Assembly: GCA_964478815.1 (NCBI GenBank)
Contig: CAYZKY010000007.1
Span: 14,512 to 78,511 of the forward strand
From: an uncultured Verrucomicrobiota bacterium
Lineage (GTDB): Bacteria; Verrucomicrobiota; Verrucomicrobiia; Limisphaerales; SXQI01
DNA: 64,000 nt
Reading direction: 5' to 3'
Numbering within the stretch: position 1 is the stretch's first letter; the number at the start of each line of letters is the position of its first letter. The notes beneath the pieces are model-generated. The model saw only the letters and a list, made by a program, of their open reading frames with translations, had not been told where the DNA came from and ran no database searches. This document shows, piece after piece, positions 46,631-55,800 of the stretch. The position numbers and the translations under genes are program-made.

Positions 46631-48216
46631 CGAAACTCCTTCCGCGTTGGAAGCAATTGGACCAAGAGGACGATAAGCCAGATCGCCATCAGGAAGCCGG
46701 CCCAGTTTGGAGCGCCCGCTGGGATAACGATCCCGACTGGGATAAGGAGCAGCACGCTGCCGAGAAGTCGAAAATCCCGATTCCAACCACGGGATGCAAC
46801 GGGAGTAGCTTCTTGCTGAATCGCGAGATTGCGAGCGGAAGTATCGACTTTCTCCGCGCGCTTTCGGTTGGCCAGCGCCGAGAACGCCGCACGGGCTGTG
46901 CTCCCGACCAAATCGCACTCGGCGTCCATTCGGTTCAAGAAGAACTTTCGGACTTCAGCCGTCAAATCGAACGCGGGGGAGACGCGGAGCGCAAGCGCAT
47001 CCAGCGTAATGATGGCCCGCCAAAAAAGGAGGTATTCCATCGGGGCTCGATAATGGTGGCGCCGGACGACGCCCACCATGGAGTCAAAAGCCCGGCCGAG
47101 ATGGCGTTCGCTGCCTGGAGAGCGCTCGTTTTGTGCCGCCGCGTACCAATTCCCCAGCGCGCGCTCCGCGTCCCGGCGGAAGCGATGAGGGCTGCTGGCC
47201 TGGGTGGGCGCATAGATTTTTGAAATCTCTCGAAAACTCTGGTAGACATGGCCGTGAGCGAGGAAAAACGTATAGCGTTTGAGAAGGTCGCGCTGGCGCG
47301 TGGTTAGCTCGCCAAAAATCCCGAAATCGATGAACGCCACGCGGTTGTCCTGGCAGAGAAGAATGTTTCCGGGATGCGGGTCGCCGTGGAAGAATCCGGT
47401 CACAAATAACTGGTGGAGAGAGGCAAAGGTAAGGTTATGGAGGGCCGTCGCCAGGTTCAGCCCAGGAAATTTTTCCTGGATGAGTTTCTCCTCGCCCGCT
47501 CGAAGTGCTCGGTGCAATTCCGCAAAGCTCATTCCATCGATGAATTCGAGGGTCAAGACCTTCGAAGTTGTCAGTTCCCAAAAGATCCGTGGGATGATCT
47601 CATGCGAGCGCGCCTCTTCGCGCATGCGCTCGGCAGTCCGGCCTTCCAGCCGAAAGTCGAGTTCGTTCCGGGTGTATTGTTCGAATTCACAGACGGCGTC
47701 CATGAGCGGCAGCGTGCCAGCCCAGCCCAGGCCCTCAATCGCCCAGGCCAGCACCTTTAGTATTCTGATGTCTGACTGAAAGATCTCTCGGATGGATTCG
47801 CGCTGGACTTTTACAGCGACCCGTTCCCCGGAGTGCAGGGTAGCGGTATGAACCTGGGCAACGGAAGCGGAGGCAAGGGGTTCGAAGTCAAAAGACTGGA
47901 AGCGAGATTCGATTGCGTCGTGCAGTTCTGATTCAATGATGCGGCGCACGGCGGCTGGTTCGATGGGAGCCGCCTGCTCGAAAAGCTTCTCCAATTCTTC
48001 GCACAGTTCCTTCGGGATCAAGTCGTGCCGGAGAGCCAAGTACTGTCCAAGCTTTATCGAGGTTAGCCCCTGCCGCTGGAGGAGGCCGCGAATCCTGGTT
48101 CCCTGGCCATCCCAAGGGCTCTTTCCGCGCAGGTGGTTCAGCATCGCTAGGCCGCTTGTCGGCACCAGGAGTCTCAGGAACCTCACGGCGCGCCAGAAAT
48201 CGAAAAACCAGGTCAT
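46627..48216 (-). CDS. ABC1/UbiB-family atypical kinase (copy 1)
   Basis: TSIKLGQYLALRHDLIP, ASVAQVHTATLHSGERVAVKVQR, FHGDPHPGN, IDFG. C-terminal TM helices. Confidence 0.85.
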   Translation of the reverse strand: MTWFFDFWRAVRFLRLLVPTSGLAMLNHLRGKSPWDGQGTRIRGLLQRQGLTSIKLGQYLALRHDLIPKELCEELEKLFEQAAPIEPAAVRRIIESELHDAIESRFQSFDFEPLASASVAQVHTATLHSGERVAVKVQRESIREIFQSDIRILKVLAWAIEGLGWAGTLPLMDAVCEFEQYTRNELDFRLEGRTAERMREEARSHEIIPRIFWELTTSKVLTLEFIDGMSFAELHRALRAGEEKLIQEKFPGLNLATALHNLTFASLHQLFVTGFFHGDPHPGNILLCQDNRVAFIDFGIFGELTTRQRDLLKRYTFFLAHGHVYQSFREISKIYAPTQASSPHRFRRDAERALGNWYAAAQNERSPGSERHLGRAFDSMVGVVRRHHYRAPMEYLLFWRAIITLDALALRVSPAFDLTAEVRKFFLNRMDAECDLVGSTARAAFSALANRKRAEKVDTSARNLAIQQEATPVASRGWNRDFRLLGSVLLLIPVGIVIPAGAPNWAGFLMAIWLIVLLVQLLPTRKEFR

Positions 48217-48310
48217 GGGTTAGAATTGGCCCAACCTCAAAGGCCTCCTCCAGTACCGCCCTCGTGGCCAAAAGTGGTGATATGCCTCACAAAGCACCAA
48301 GTCGCATTTG

Positions 48311-49759
48311 TCAGGCCACGTTCTCCCGCGACGCGAGAGAGTGGGGGAGCGTCTCCTGTCGCTGCGCCGGACTGGCAATCGCATGGGACTCTTCATACGC
48401 ATCCCAGCCTCGCTTTAGCCAGCGCCTCGATCCTTCGATGCCTCTTTGGATCGCTGGCAGGTGGCAAAGCCGCTCTCGGCTCTTTCCCGCTCGCGCCCAC
48501 CCCCGCATTGACAGCCGCGACGAGCAGTCGAACACGAATACTTTCCTGAGCGTGCGAAGCGCCCGTCTGGGCGTAAAAAGTTGCTGATTCGCCCAGGTCT
48601 GGAGCTGCTTCATTTCATCGATGGAGATGGCGGGGTGGTTCCACACCAGGTTGCGCGAATTATACTTGCTCAAGTCCGAATCGACGATTCCATGCTTCTT
48701 TTCCACCAACGTGCGCAGGGAGGTGCGCGGATAAGGGGTCAAAACTTGAATCTGGGGCAAATCCACATCCAGTTTTGCCAGCTGCCGAATATCCCGCCGG
48801 ATAGAGTCCGGCGTATCCTCTTCGAAGCCGATGATGTAAAACGCTTGAACCAGTAAATTGTGACGCCGCAAGAGTTCCAGCACCTCGAAGGTCTTGGCAG
48901 TGTCCAGCCGCTTATTGGCACCTTGCAGCGAGTCTGGATTGAGACTCTCCACACCGATGTGAACGCCGTATAAGCCTTGCTCCCGCCATTCCTCGAAATG
49001 CTTCAGCAACAGGTCGACGCGGCACAGAGGAATCCAGCGCATGCCGCGTCGATGAAGCATTCGAATCACTTGACGCGAATGCTCGGGAAAGATCCCAAAG
49101 TTCTCATCGAGGATATTGACGCTCGCAATCCCTTCGGCCTGGTAGGCATCCAGAACGGTTTCGATCGCCTCCAACGACACGGTGTTAGGCCTTCCGTAGA
49201 AATCGGGAGTCTGGCAGAAATTGCACGCACATGGACAGCCGCGGGAGGTGAATAATAACCCATGTAAACTGAAGCAGCTCGTCACGCTGGCTCCTAAATA
49301 CGCATACATCCGAGGGTGCGTCATGCCAGTCTCGAACGTGGGGGAGGTGTGAAGCTGCGCGGCGGTTTCTGCTTCACCCCAACCCCGGACAATCCGATCG
49401 AAATGATGTTCGACCTGAGGCGAATACCCTCCGTAATTCCCCGCCCAAACTTCTCTCACTCCCCTTTGTCTGGCTAGCTCCGCCATTCGAATTGCCAGCC
49501 CGCTTTCGTTCAGGTAGAAAGAGATGCCCAAGATGTCAACCGGCTCCCGCAATGCTTCTTCAAAGTCTCTCCAGGTGGGGTATGGCAGCGTCTCGACACC
49601 CGGAACATTTGCTTCGAGGAAAGCGAGTCCGGGGTGGTTGATGAACGTCATTCCCAAAGACACCAATCCGCCAGTTCTGTTCCAGCTATAGACGTTGGGA
49701 GAACATCCGCCGATAGGCTGGCAGGGGGAGGCAAATAAAACTCGCTTCTTGGCGCTCAT
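48311..49759 (-). CDS. B12-binding-domain radical SAM enzyme
   Basis: N-terminal Rossmann-like VLFASP..DILGISFY..; CxxxCxxC cluster motif in SRGCPCACNFCQTPDFYG; 482 aa. Confidence 0.8.
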   Translation of the reverse strand: MSAKKRVLFASPCQPIGGCSPNVYSWNRTGGLVSLGMTFINHPGLAFLEANVPGVETLPYPTWRDFEEALREPVDILGISFYLNESGLAIRMAELARQRGVREVWAGNYGGYSPQVEHHFDRIVRGWGEAETAAQLHTSPTFETGMTHPRMYAYLGASVTSCFSLHGLLFTSRGCPCACNFCQTPDFYGRPNTVSLEAIETVLDAYQAEGIASVNILDENFGIFPEHSRQVIRMLHRRGMRWIPLCRVDLLLKHFEEWREQGLYGVHIGVESLNPDSLQGANKRLDTAKTFEVLELLRRHNLLVQAFYIIGFEEDTPDSIRRDIRQLAKLDVDLPQIQVLTPYPRTSLRTLVEKKHGIVDSDLSKYNSRNLVWNHPAISIDEMKQLQTWANQQLFTPRRALRTLRKVFVFDCSSRLSMRGWARAGKSRERLCHLPAIQRGIEGSRRWLKRGWDAYEESHAIASPAQRQETLPHSLASRENVA

Positions 49760-50157
49760 AGCCTGATGAGGGTTTACTCAGTTTCGGTTATTTTGTGTTC
49801 TGATTCCGCACCGTTCGCCCTCCAGCTGCCGGACAGGGTCAGGATCGGACGCCACAGGGCCGGAGCTACCCCTCAAGAGCTCGTTCCGCCGCAGAAGGTT
49901 CCGGCCCCCCGGCCGAGACCTATCGAACCTTCCCGCGAAGCGTTGAGTCACGCTGTGTCGGTGTATCGCTTGTATACGGACGTCCCAGGGCAAACCTTTC
50001 AAGAAAAGTGAATTATTTCGCAGAAGCATGAACCACAAGCGCGTGGAGACTTTCGGCAGAGATCGTGTTCTTCCCAGTCGAACAACCGACGCTACCAAAT
50101 GCTTGCGCTGGGATACTGCTAGTGTGGTGAGCGATTAATTCGTGCAAAGTCCACCCC

Positions 50158-50950
50158 GTGTCGCACTCGAGCGTGCGCACAGGGCGCCTCACGAAACCGC
50201 TTGTGTTAGCAGCGCAACAGCAGGCCAAACTCGAACTGTTGGCGCGGCGGCTCAAAACCGATCTACGCACCGCGAAGGGGGCTCGCATCAGCCTGGATTG
50301 CGCGTCGGGATTGAGCAATGCCGCGGTGGTGTCAAGACGCGGAATAACGATTCAAATCCTAGGCAAGTGGAGGCAGCGCTCTTTAGACGGGGGCTTGGGC
50401 GCACTGGGGGATGCGCCACGCTCCAGGCAGTCCCGCAAGCATCACCGATGCCAAGGTCGAGGAGGTCATCACCCGCACCATGGCGGCAGCCAGCGGCCGG
50501 CCTCAATCAAAACGCCATCGTGCGGGTCTGGCGGGCCTTTATCTGAACCCGCCGGAGGAAACCCGCGCCGTGGAGTCGTGCGGCGACGAAAAAAGCCATG
50601 TGCAAGCCCTGAATCGCAGCCAGCCGGTGTTGCCGATGCGGCCCGGCCAGGCCGAACGCCGCACCCATGACAATTACCGCGGCCTATTCGCTTGGTGTGC
50701 CACGCGGCGAGTGGACTCCAGCGCCGATTCATGAATCATCGTCTCACCAGGATCGGTGTGATTTTCGACGTGACCGCACTGCGGACGGAACGTCGGCTTT
50801 GTCCTACTCCAAGACCAAACAATCCAGCAGTGGGAGGTGGAGAGCCGGGAGTGTCTGCCACCTTTACTTCGAAAAAGTGCGATTCTCTGTTGTGGCGTTT
50901 ATCAACAATTCCTCCCGAGCCACTGTCCCACGCAGTAGTGCAATGATCTT
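50158..50950 (+). pseudogene. IS630-family transposase, heavily degraded
   Basis: ..ARISLDCASGLSNAAVVSRRGITIQILGKWRQRSLDGGLGALGDAPRS.. (HTH part). Frame switch to ..LYLNPPEETRAVESCGDEKSHVQALNRSQPVLPMRPGQAERRTHD. Weaker similarity continues to ~50950. Confidence 0.65.
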
Positions 50951-51554
50951 CGTGGTATGCCTGTGATCTCGAAGCAAGGGCCGAACGGATGGCCTTCCAT
51001 GAAGTCAGCGCTGGAACCGCATGGACACCAAAACGGACACCAAACCAGTTGGACTCCGTTAACCGCAGTTATGCAAAGTTTACTTGAATTGTGCAGGAAA
51101 AGGGGCCATTTTGGACCGTAATAGCGGTGAAATTGGTCCGATGCAAACCTCCGCCTAAAGCTGCTTGACATCAATTGTTTACACTCGCTCTTACACCTGC
51201 ACATAAAGCTGTCATGAGAAAGGGCGCAAGTCGCTCTTCTGCACCTCGAACAATCAGACCCAGATCGAATGGACATCTTTCTCGCTCGTGCAAGTGCTGA
51301 TAATCACTGACCAGCATGATTCCATTTCGGGCCGAGTCGAATCGACCGGACAGGTCGCGCGAATCCCTCCGTCGAATTCAAACAGGTGAAAGTGTCCGCG
51401 TCAGGAGCCGAATTCCGTGGTGGTGAAGATTCCGATTGCCTTCGGATGAACCGTCAGGTGACACTCCACCGTCCGGGAGTGACGCACCGGACCATCATGA
51501 CTTTTTTGCCTTTAGCGCATGGTGTGGGGTTTTTGCAACGAAGCCCCCAAAGTT

Positions 51555-51581
51555 AAACGGCTCCTTCGGGAGCCGTTTTTT
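51555..51581 (+). terminator. intrinsic-terminator-like hairpin with T-run (copy 2)
   Basis: AAACGGCTCC-TTCG-GGAGCCGTTT followed by TTT. Confidence 0.5.
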
Positions 51582-51837
51582 CATGCAAACCGCGCGAGAA
51601 TTTTCGTGAGGAGGTTTGTGCAAAGAATCGTTGCCACAACGGCATCGGACGCGCGTCAAACCAAGCGGCCCATTGTATGCCGAGCACAATCGCCTCAAGG
51701 TCGTGCCCCCGCTTCCCTTCGCCTCCACCTTGACCCGATTGGGCTCGGCAGGGACTTGCTCATAAGGTTTAACGCGGGGAAGTGCTGCACGCGGAAAGAA
51801 ACTCGAAGGGAAGGGACTCGACATTCCAGCAAAATCG

Positions 51838-52077
51838 CTAACGGCTTCGACTCTGCCCTTGCTCCTGTTTCGATTGCTGCGCTTGGGCGATTTCCTGGCG
51901 CGTTTTCTCCGCCTTTTGTCGGCGCTTCTCCGGGGACATATCCCACTGCTTGCGGACTGCGTCTTGCACCAGGGTGCGGTGTTTTTCCGTGAGCGGATGC
52001 CGCTTCGCCCATCCCGCTTGCGCGGCCTGGGCGAGCTTTTCCAGCTTCGCTTCTTCTTTGGCGGTGTCGTCTGGCAC
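51838..52077 (-). CDS. small charged helical protein (copy 2)
   Basis: MPDDTAKEEAKLEKLAQAAQAGWAKRHPLTEKH.. is nearly identical to 41554-41799. Confidence 0.6.
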   Translation of the reverse strand: MPDDTAKEEAKLEKLAQAAQAGWAKRHPLTEKHRTLVQDAVRKQWDMSPEKRRQKAEKTRQEIAQAQQSKQEQGQSRSR

Positions 52078-52086
52078 AGGGATAGC

Positions 52087-52662
52087 TTATTCCTTAATGA
52101 GTTTCCGCGCGAGTTTCAAACAACGGTGGACGCGTTTGGTGGCCGCCGCTTCGGTGATTCCGATTTCTTCCCCGAGGAGTGCAAAGGAGAGCCCCACCAC
52201 ATACCGATCCCATAGGTAGTTCACACAGGGTGGATCGCTCTTTTTGATAAGGGCTATGGCTGCTTCCAGGTCGGCTCGGTCGGTAGGGGAGAGGCTCTTG
52301 TCGTCGATGAAAGCTGCGAGCGCCTCTTGTAGCAGTTCCGGGTCGACAATGGTCCGCACCGTTGTTTTTCGTCCTCGAAATTGGTCGGCAATCTTGTGGC
52401 GCGCGAGGCCGTAGCACCGTTGCACGAACGTGTCCGCGTCGGTGCTTCCGAAACTCGGCAAGGTTGCGACAATCCCGAGCAAGGTTTCCTGGTAGGCATC
52501 TTCCCACGCATCTTTCTTGGCGGAATTCCAGGGAAATCGGCTTCGAATGTAACGGCTCAGTTCGGGGCCGACCCGGTCAATGATCTGCTCGGCCAGTTGT
52601 TCTGCTTCCTCCAGACTGCGGCAATTCTGGTATTGGCTCAACAATTCAGGAAAGGCGTCCAT
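52087..52662 (-). CDS. sigma-70 family (ECF-like) sigma factor (copy 2)
   Basis: 191 aa. MDAFPELLSQYQNCRSLEEAE..DAWEDAYQETLLGIVATLPSF..LSFALLGEEIGITEAAATKRVHRCLKLARKLI. Confidence 0.8.
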   Translation of the reverse strand: MDAFPELLSQYQNCRSLEEAEQLAEQIIDRVGPELSRYIRSRFPWNSAKKDAWEDAYQETLLGIVATLPSFGSTDADTFVQRCYGLARHKIADQFRGRKTTVRTIVDPELLQEALAAFIDDKSLSPTDRADLEAAIALIKKSDPPCVNYLWDRYVVGLSFALLGEEIGITEAAATKRVHRCLKLARKLIKE

Positions 52663-52833
52663 GAAACCATCGGCATCTCAAAAGCTCCTCCTCTGATGCC
52701 GTATTGCTTCAAGAAAAACGAGTGAAAAATTGTTTGTCCGAAATCTCTCGAAACTCGCGACATGCCCTTTGAAGCGGCTGGATGGAACATGCTGCGTACC
52801 GAACTCAACAACATCGAAAGAGGGATTGCTGCG

Positions 52834-53115
52834 ATGAACAACTCGGATCTTGCGTTGCTCTCCATTCTAGGGCCACCAGCACGGCTCAATGTGGAGCAGA
52901 CGGCGGTGAAACTCAATTGCCAGGTGCATGACATTCGAACCCTGATCAATGCCCGACTCCTCAAACCGCTCGGCAATCCGCCGCCGTCAGGGGTCAAGTT
53001 CTTCGCCACCGCAGAAGTTCTCGAACTTTCCGTCGACCTTACTTGGCTCGACAAAGCCACCAACGCCATCCACAAGCATTGGAAGGAGCAGAACGAAGGG
53101 AGAAATCGTCAGTAG
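52834..53115 (+). CDS. small HTH DNA-binding protein (copy 2)
   Basis: MNNSDLALLSILGPPARLNVEQTAVKLNCQVHDIRTLINARLLKPLG. Confidence 0.6.
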   Translation: MNNSDLALLSILGPPARLNVEQTAVKLNCQVHDIRTLINARLLKPLGNPPPSGVKFFATAEVLELSVDLTWLDKATNAIHKHWKEQNEGRNRQ

Positions 53116-53247
53116 CCAGTGGTGGCGTGGCTCTGAAAAACAATGAAAGAGTCGCTTCAACTGAAGCTGTTGAAGCCAACAGCGAATGCTTGGCGCCCAT
53201 TGGAGCATTGGCCGCGCTATGATCGTGGGAGGCAAGGATATACTTCG

Positions 53248-54585
53248 TTAGTCGTAACCGCCAAACATGAAGAGAGAGCAGGTTTCGTCGGTGGAATTGT
53301 AGAGGGCGTGAAGCTGTCCGGTCTTGCAAAGCGCAACATCGCCAGGCCCCATCGGACGAATTTCAAAAGCACGATCACGGTCCGGGAATTCGCACCAATC
53401 TCCGACAAGCATGTGCGCATGGCCCTCGAGCATGAGAAAGGCTTCCTGATTGTCTCGATGGCGGTGAATTCCAATCGAACATTCCGGTTGGAGAATGTGC
53501 AGGTCCATGTAGTCCACAGCAAAAAAGGTCTCGCGCGTAGGAACTTTTACTGGTTCGGCAGGAATCGTGCCATTGGTTCCGTAAGTGTGCGCATGGTAAT
53601 TGCCCGGAATCAGGTCGCGCCCAAGTTCCGGCAGTTTGTCGGCGCCAAAAACTTCGCGCCGACGTTGTTCAAAAAAGTAATTTGAGAAGAGGTTTCGAAA
53701 TTCGAGGACGCCAAAACCGCCGTGGGGATTGGCGCTGATACCACAGTTGAGAAAACTCCTCCAGCCTCGCATCATCATACCAAAGACGACGCGATAGTTA
53801 GCGCCCCCATTCGAATCCCATGCAGATCCTGCCTCATTGGTGAAGGCGATTTCGATCCGGAGCGGGCGCACCGGGTGCATGCAATGGTCCGGCGCGTAAT
53901 CCAAAAGCTGCCAGCTTTGTCCTTGGCGATTAAGGCGATCCCGCATCGCATCCACGCCCGGACCTTCAAAATCGGCAAGGGATCCTTTGACCAAATCGGG
54001 CCGCGGTTGGATTAACCCGGCGTCGAAGGCTGCTAGACTGCTTCCTTCTAAAAGTTGGCGGAGATTTGGACCGTTGAATGACCAGAGTTCAACTTCATAA
54101 CACCCGGTAGCAGGGTTTAACGGGAGGCGCAAATACGAACTGGTCTGGTTTGCGCCGAGTTTGACCCATGCCTGAATAAAAGCCCCGGGAGATCCTCCGC
54201 TTACCTGGCCCAACCGCGTGCCGGGAGTGCCGCGGTAACAAATCTTCACGAAGGACCCGACCCATTCGCCAGCGCTCGCGTATCCCCGAACCAGATGATA
54301 GTCGGCCATGCGGAAATCGGCGATGTTCTGCTTTTGAAAATCGACTTTGTTATTCTGTTGAACTGGGTTGCCGATGTCGCGCGGCCCCTGGCCCGGTCCA
54401 TAAAGAGTCAATTCGTAAAACGGAAAAAGATGTTCAAGGCTTTCGTGCAGGTAATGCTCGCGTTCGGCGGCTAGATCCTGGAGTTGGGCCTCGCGAATGA
54501 CCCGCAACAGCGGGTTGTCCGAATCGTAGTTCGGCGTCTGGTCTTCGGGCACAATGCGAAAACCGTCTTTGGTCGGGAATTTCAT
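53248..54585 (-). CDS. two-domain protein with C-terminal cupin
   Basis: 445 aa. C-terminal IGIHRHRDNQEAFLMLEGHAHMLVGD..GDVALCKTGQLHALYN (cupin His/Glu metal pattern). The N-terminal ~300 aa is unassigned. Confidence 0.7.
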   Translation of the reverse strand: MKFPTKDGFRIVPEDQTPNYDSDNPLLRVIREAQLQDLAAEREHYLHESLEHLFPFYELTLYGPGQGPRDIGNPVQQNNKVDFQKQNIADFRMADYHLVRGYASAGEWVGSFVKICYRGTPGTRLGQVSGGSPGAFIQAWVKLGANQTSSYLRLPLNPATGCYEVELWSFNGPNLRQLLEGSSLAAFDAGLIQPRPDLVKGSLADFEGPGVDAMRDRLNRQGQSWQLLDYAPDHCMHPVRPLRIEIAFTNEAGSAWDSNGGANYRVVFGMMMRGWRSFLNCGISANPHGGFGVLEFRNLFSNYFFEQRRREVFGADKLPELGRDLIPGNYHAHTYGTNGTIPAEPVKVPTRETFFAVDYMDLHILQPECSIGIHRHRDNQEAFLMLEGHAHMLVGDWCEFPDRDRAFEIRPMGPGDVALCKTGQLHALYNSTDETCSLFMFGGYD

Positions 54586-54588
54586 GGC

Positions 54589-55782
54589 TCAACTCGCGTG
54601 GTAAAGAAAAGCTATAAATTTGAGAGGTTTGTTTCCAGGATTGCGGATGCCGTGCATGCCGCCACTTTTGGTGAAAATGACGGAACCCGGTTTCATTGGA
54701 ATTTCCTTCATCAGTCGCGAATCCAAGCCGAAGATCGGCATTTGGACAGTGGGAAATTGTTGATCCTGCGCCAACTTCGGATCGTCCCCGGCACCCATGT
54801 AGCCGATGCCTTCGCCTTCGACGACATAGTAAAGTTCCTCGCTGCCAATGTGCTGGTGAGTTCCTTCGACGCCACCGGGCGGGACAGTCACTTCGTGAAA
54901 AAAGACAAGGTTCGAGCCGAGCTCCTGTTGAAAAACCCAACGCATGTCCGTGATGTTCACCGCGTCCATCTTTGCGCGATCGTCCTCGAAGAATCGTTTT
55001 GCAAACTCATCGAGTTCATTTTCCAACATCATCGCATTGCGATAACGAACTGGTTTGATGTTCGCGACGTTCGTCACGTACCAGCCGCGCTGAAAATCCA
55101 CCCGGTAATTCTCGACTTTAACCGTATTCTTGGCGTGGTCGTTCGGAATGTCCGAATTGGGCTCCTGCACATTGCGTCCGTAGAAATTATCCCACCCCGC
55201 TTGTTCGTCTGAAATGCCATATCCAGATGGCTCCGCCGAACGACCTTCGCGGAATGCGATTTCGACGCACTCGATTCCGCGCGGATTTTCGAGTGCTTTC
55301 GAAAAACTGGCGACTCTCGTGATCGACCCGCGTTTGCCCATTTGGGCAAGAACCTTGAAGTCGTGATGCTGCCCCGAGGGCGCCTGAAGGGTTTGCCAGA
55401 TTTCGCATTGATATGCATCAACCCACGGGCAGTAGGTCAGGGTGATGGATCCTTCTTCTTTGGGAAGGCCGGCCGCGTGAATCTTCACCCAGGCGATGAC
55501 TTCTCTGCCGAGCACGCGTTGCTTTAAGCGGGCTTGCTCGACGAGTCGGCCCGCGCGGTATTCGATGCGCAGAAAATTCGTCAGCTTTTGTTCGTCCAAG
55601 AGAACTTCACCTTTGAGCACGGTGGCATCCACCTTCGCGCGAACTTCGCCCACGTAATAGCTGTAGCGCGAGGATCGCGTGGCGTTCAAGTACTGCGCGT
55701 GATAAACACGATCCGGAAAAAAAACGATGTGAAAAATCTCGTTTTCCGGCCGGTTCTGAATGGCGTCAAAGCGAAGATCCAT
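54589..55782 (-). CDS. two-domain protein with C-terminal cupin (paralogous architecture)
   Basis: 397 aa. C-terminal GVEGTHQHIGSEELYYVVEGEG..GSVIFTKSGGMHGIRN. Separated by 3 nt from the downstream gene. Confidence 0.7.
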   Translation of the reverse strand: MDLRFDAIQNRPENEIFHIVFFPDRVYHAQYLNATRSSRYSYYVGEVRAKVDATVLKGEVLLDEQKLTNFLRIEYRAGRLVEQARLKQRVLGREVIAWVKIHAAGLPKEEGSITLTYCPWVDAYQCEIWQTLQAPSGQHHDFKVLAQMGKRGSITRVASFSKALENPRGIECVEIAFREGRSAEPSGYGISDEQAGWDNFYGRNVQEPNSDIPNDHAKNTVKVENYRVDFQRGWYVTNVANIKPVRYRNAMMLENELDEFAKRFFEDDRAKMDAVNITDMRWVFQQELGSNLVFFHEVTVPPGGVEGTHQHIGSEELYYVVEGEGIGYMGAGDDPKLAQDQQFPTVQMPIFGLDSRLMKEIPMKPGSVIFTKSGGMHGIRNPGNKPLKFIAFLYHAS

Positions 55783-55800
55783 ACTGTTGGTGTTTTGATT

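Larger units (their letters stand above)
51470..53225. repeat. ~1.75-kb direct repeat, copy 2
   Basis: Same order as 41195-42960. The methylase is reduced to ~27 N-terminal codons (MKESLQLKLLKP..EHWP..) and is then replaced by the cupin operon. Confidence 0.8.

Noticed and set aside
50902-51276. 124-aa Cys-rich minus-strand ORF in the 50950-51470 gap
   Set aside because: The composition is erratic, there are no motifs and no RBS or start context, and the region follows degraded IS630 sequence. I treated it as non-coding. I also found no tRNA-like cloverleaf there.
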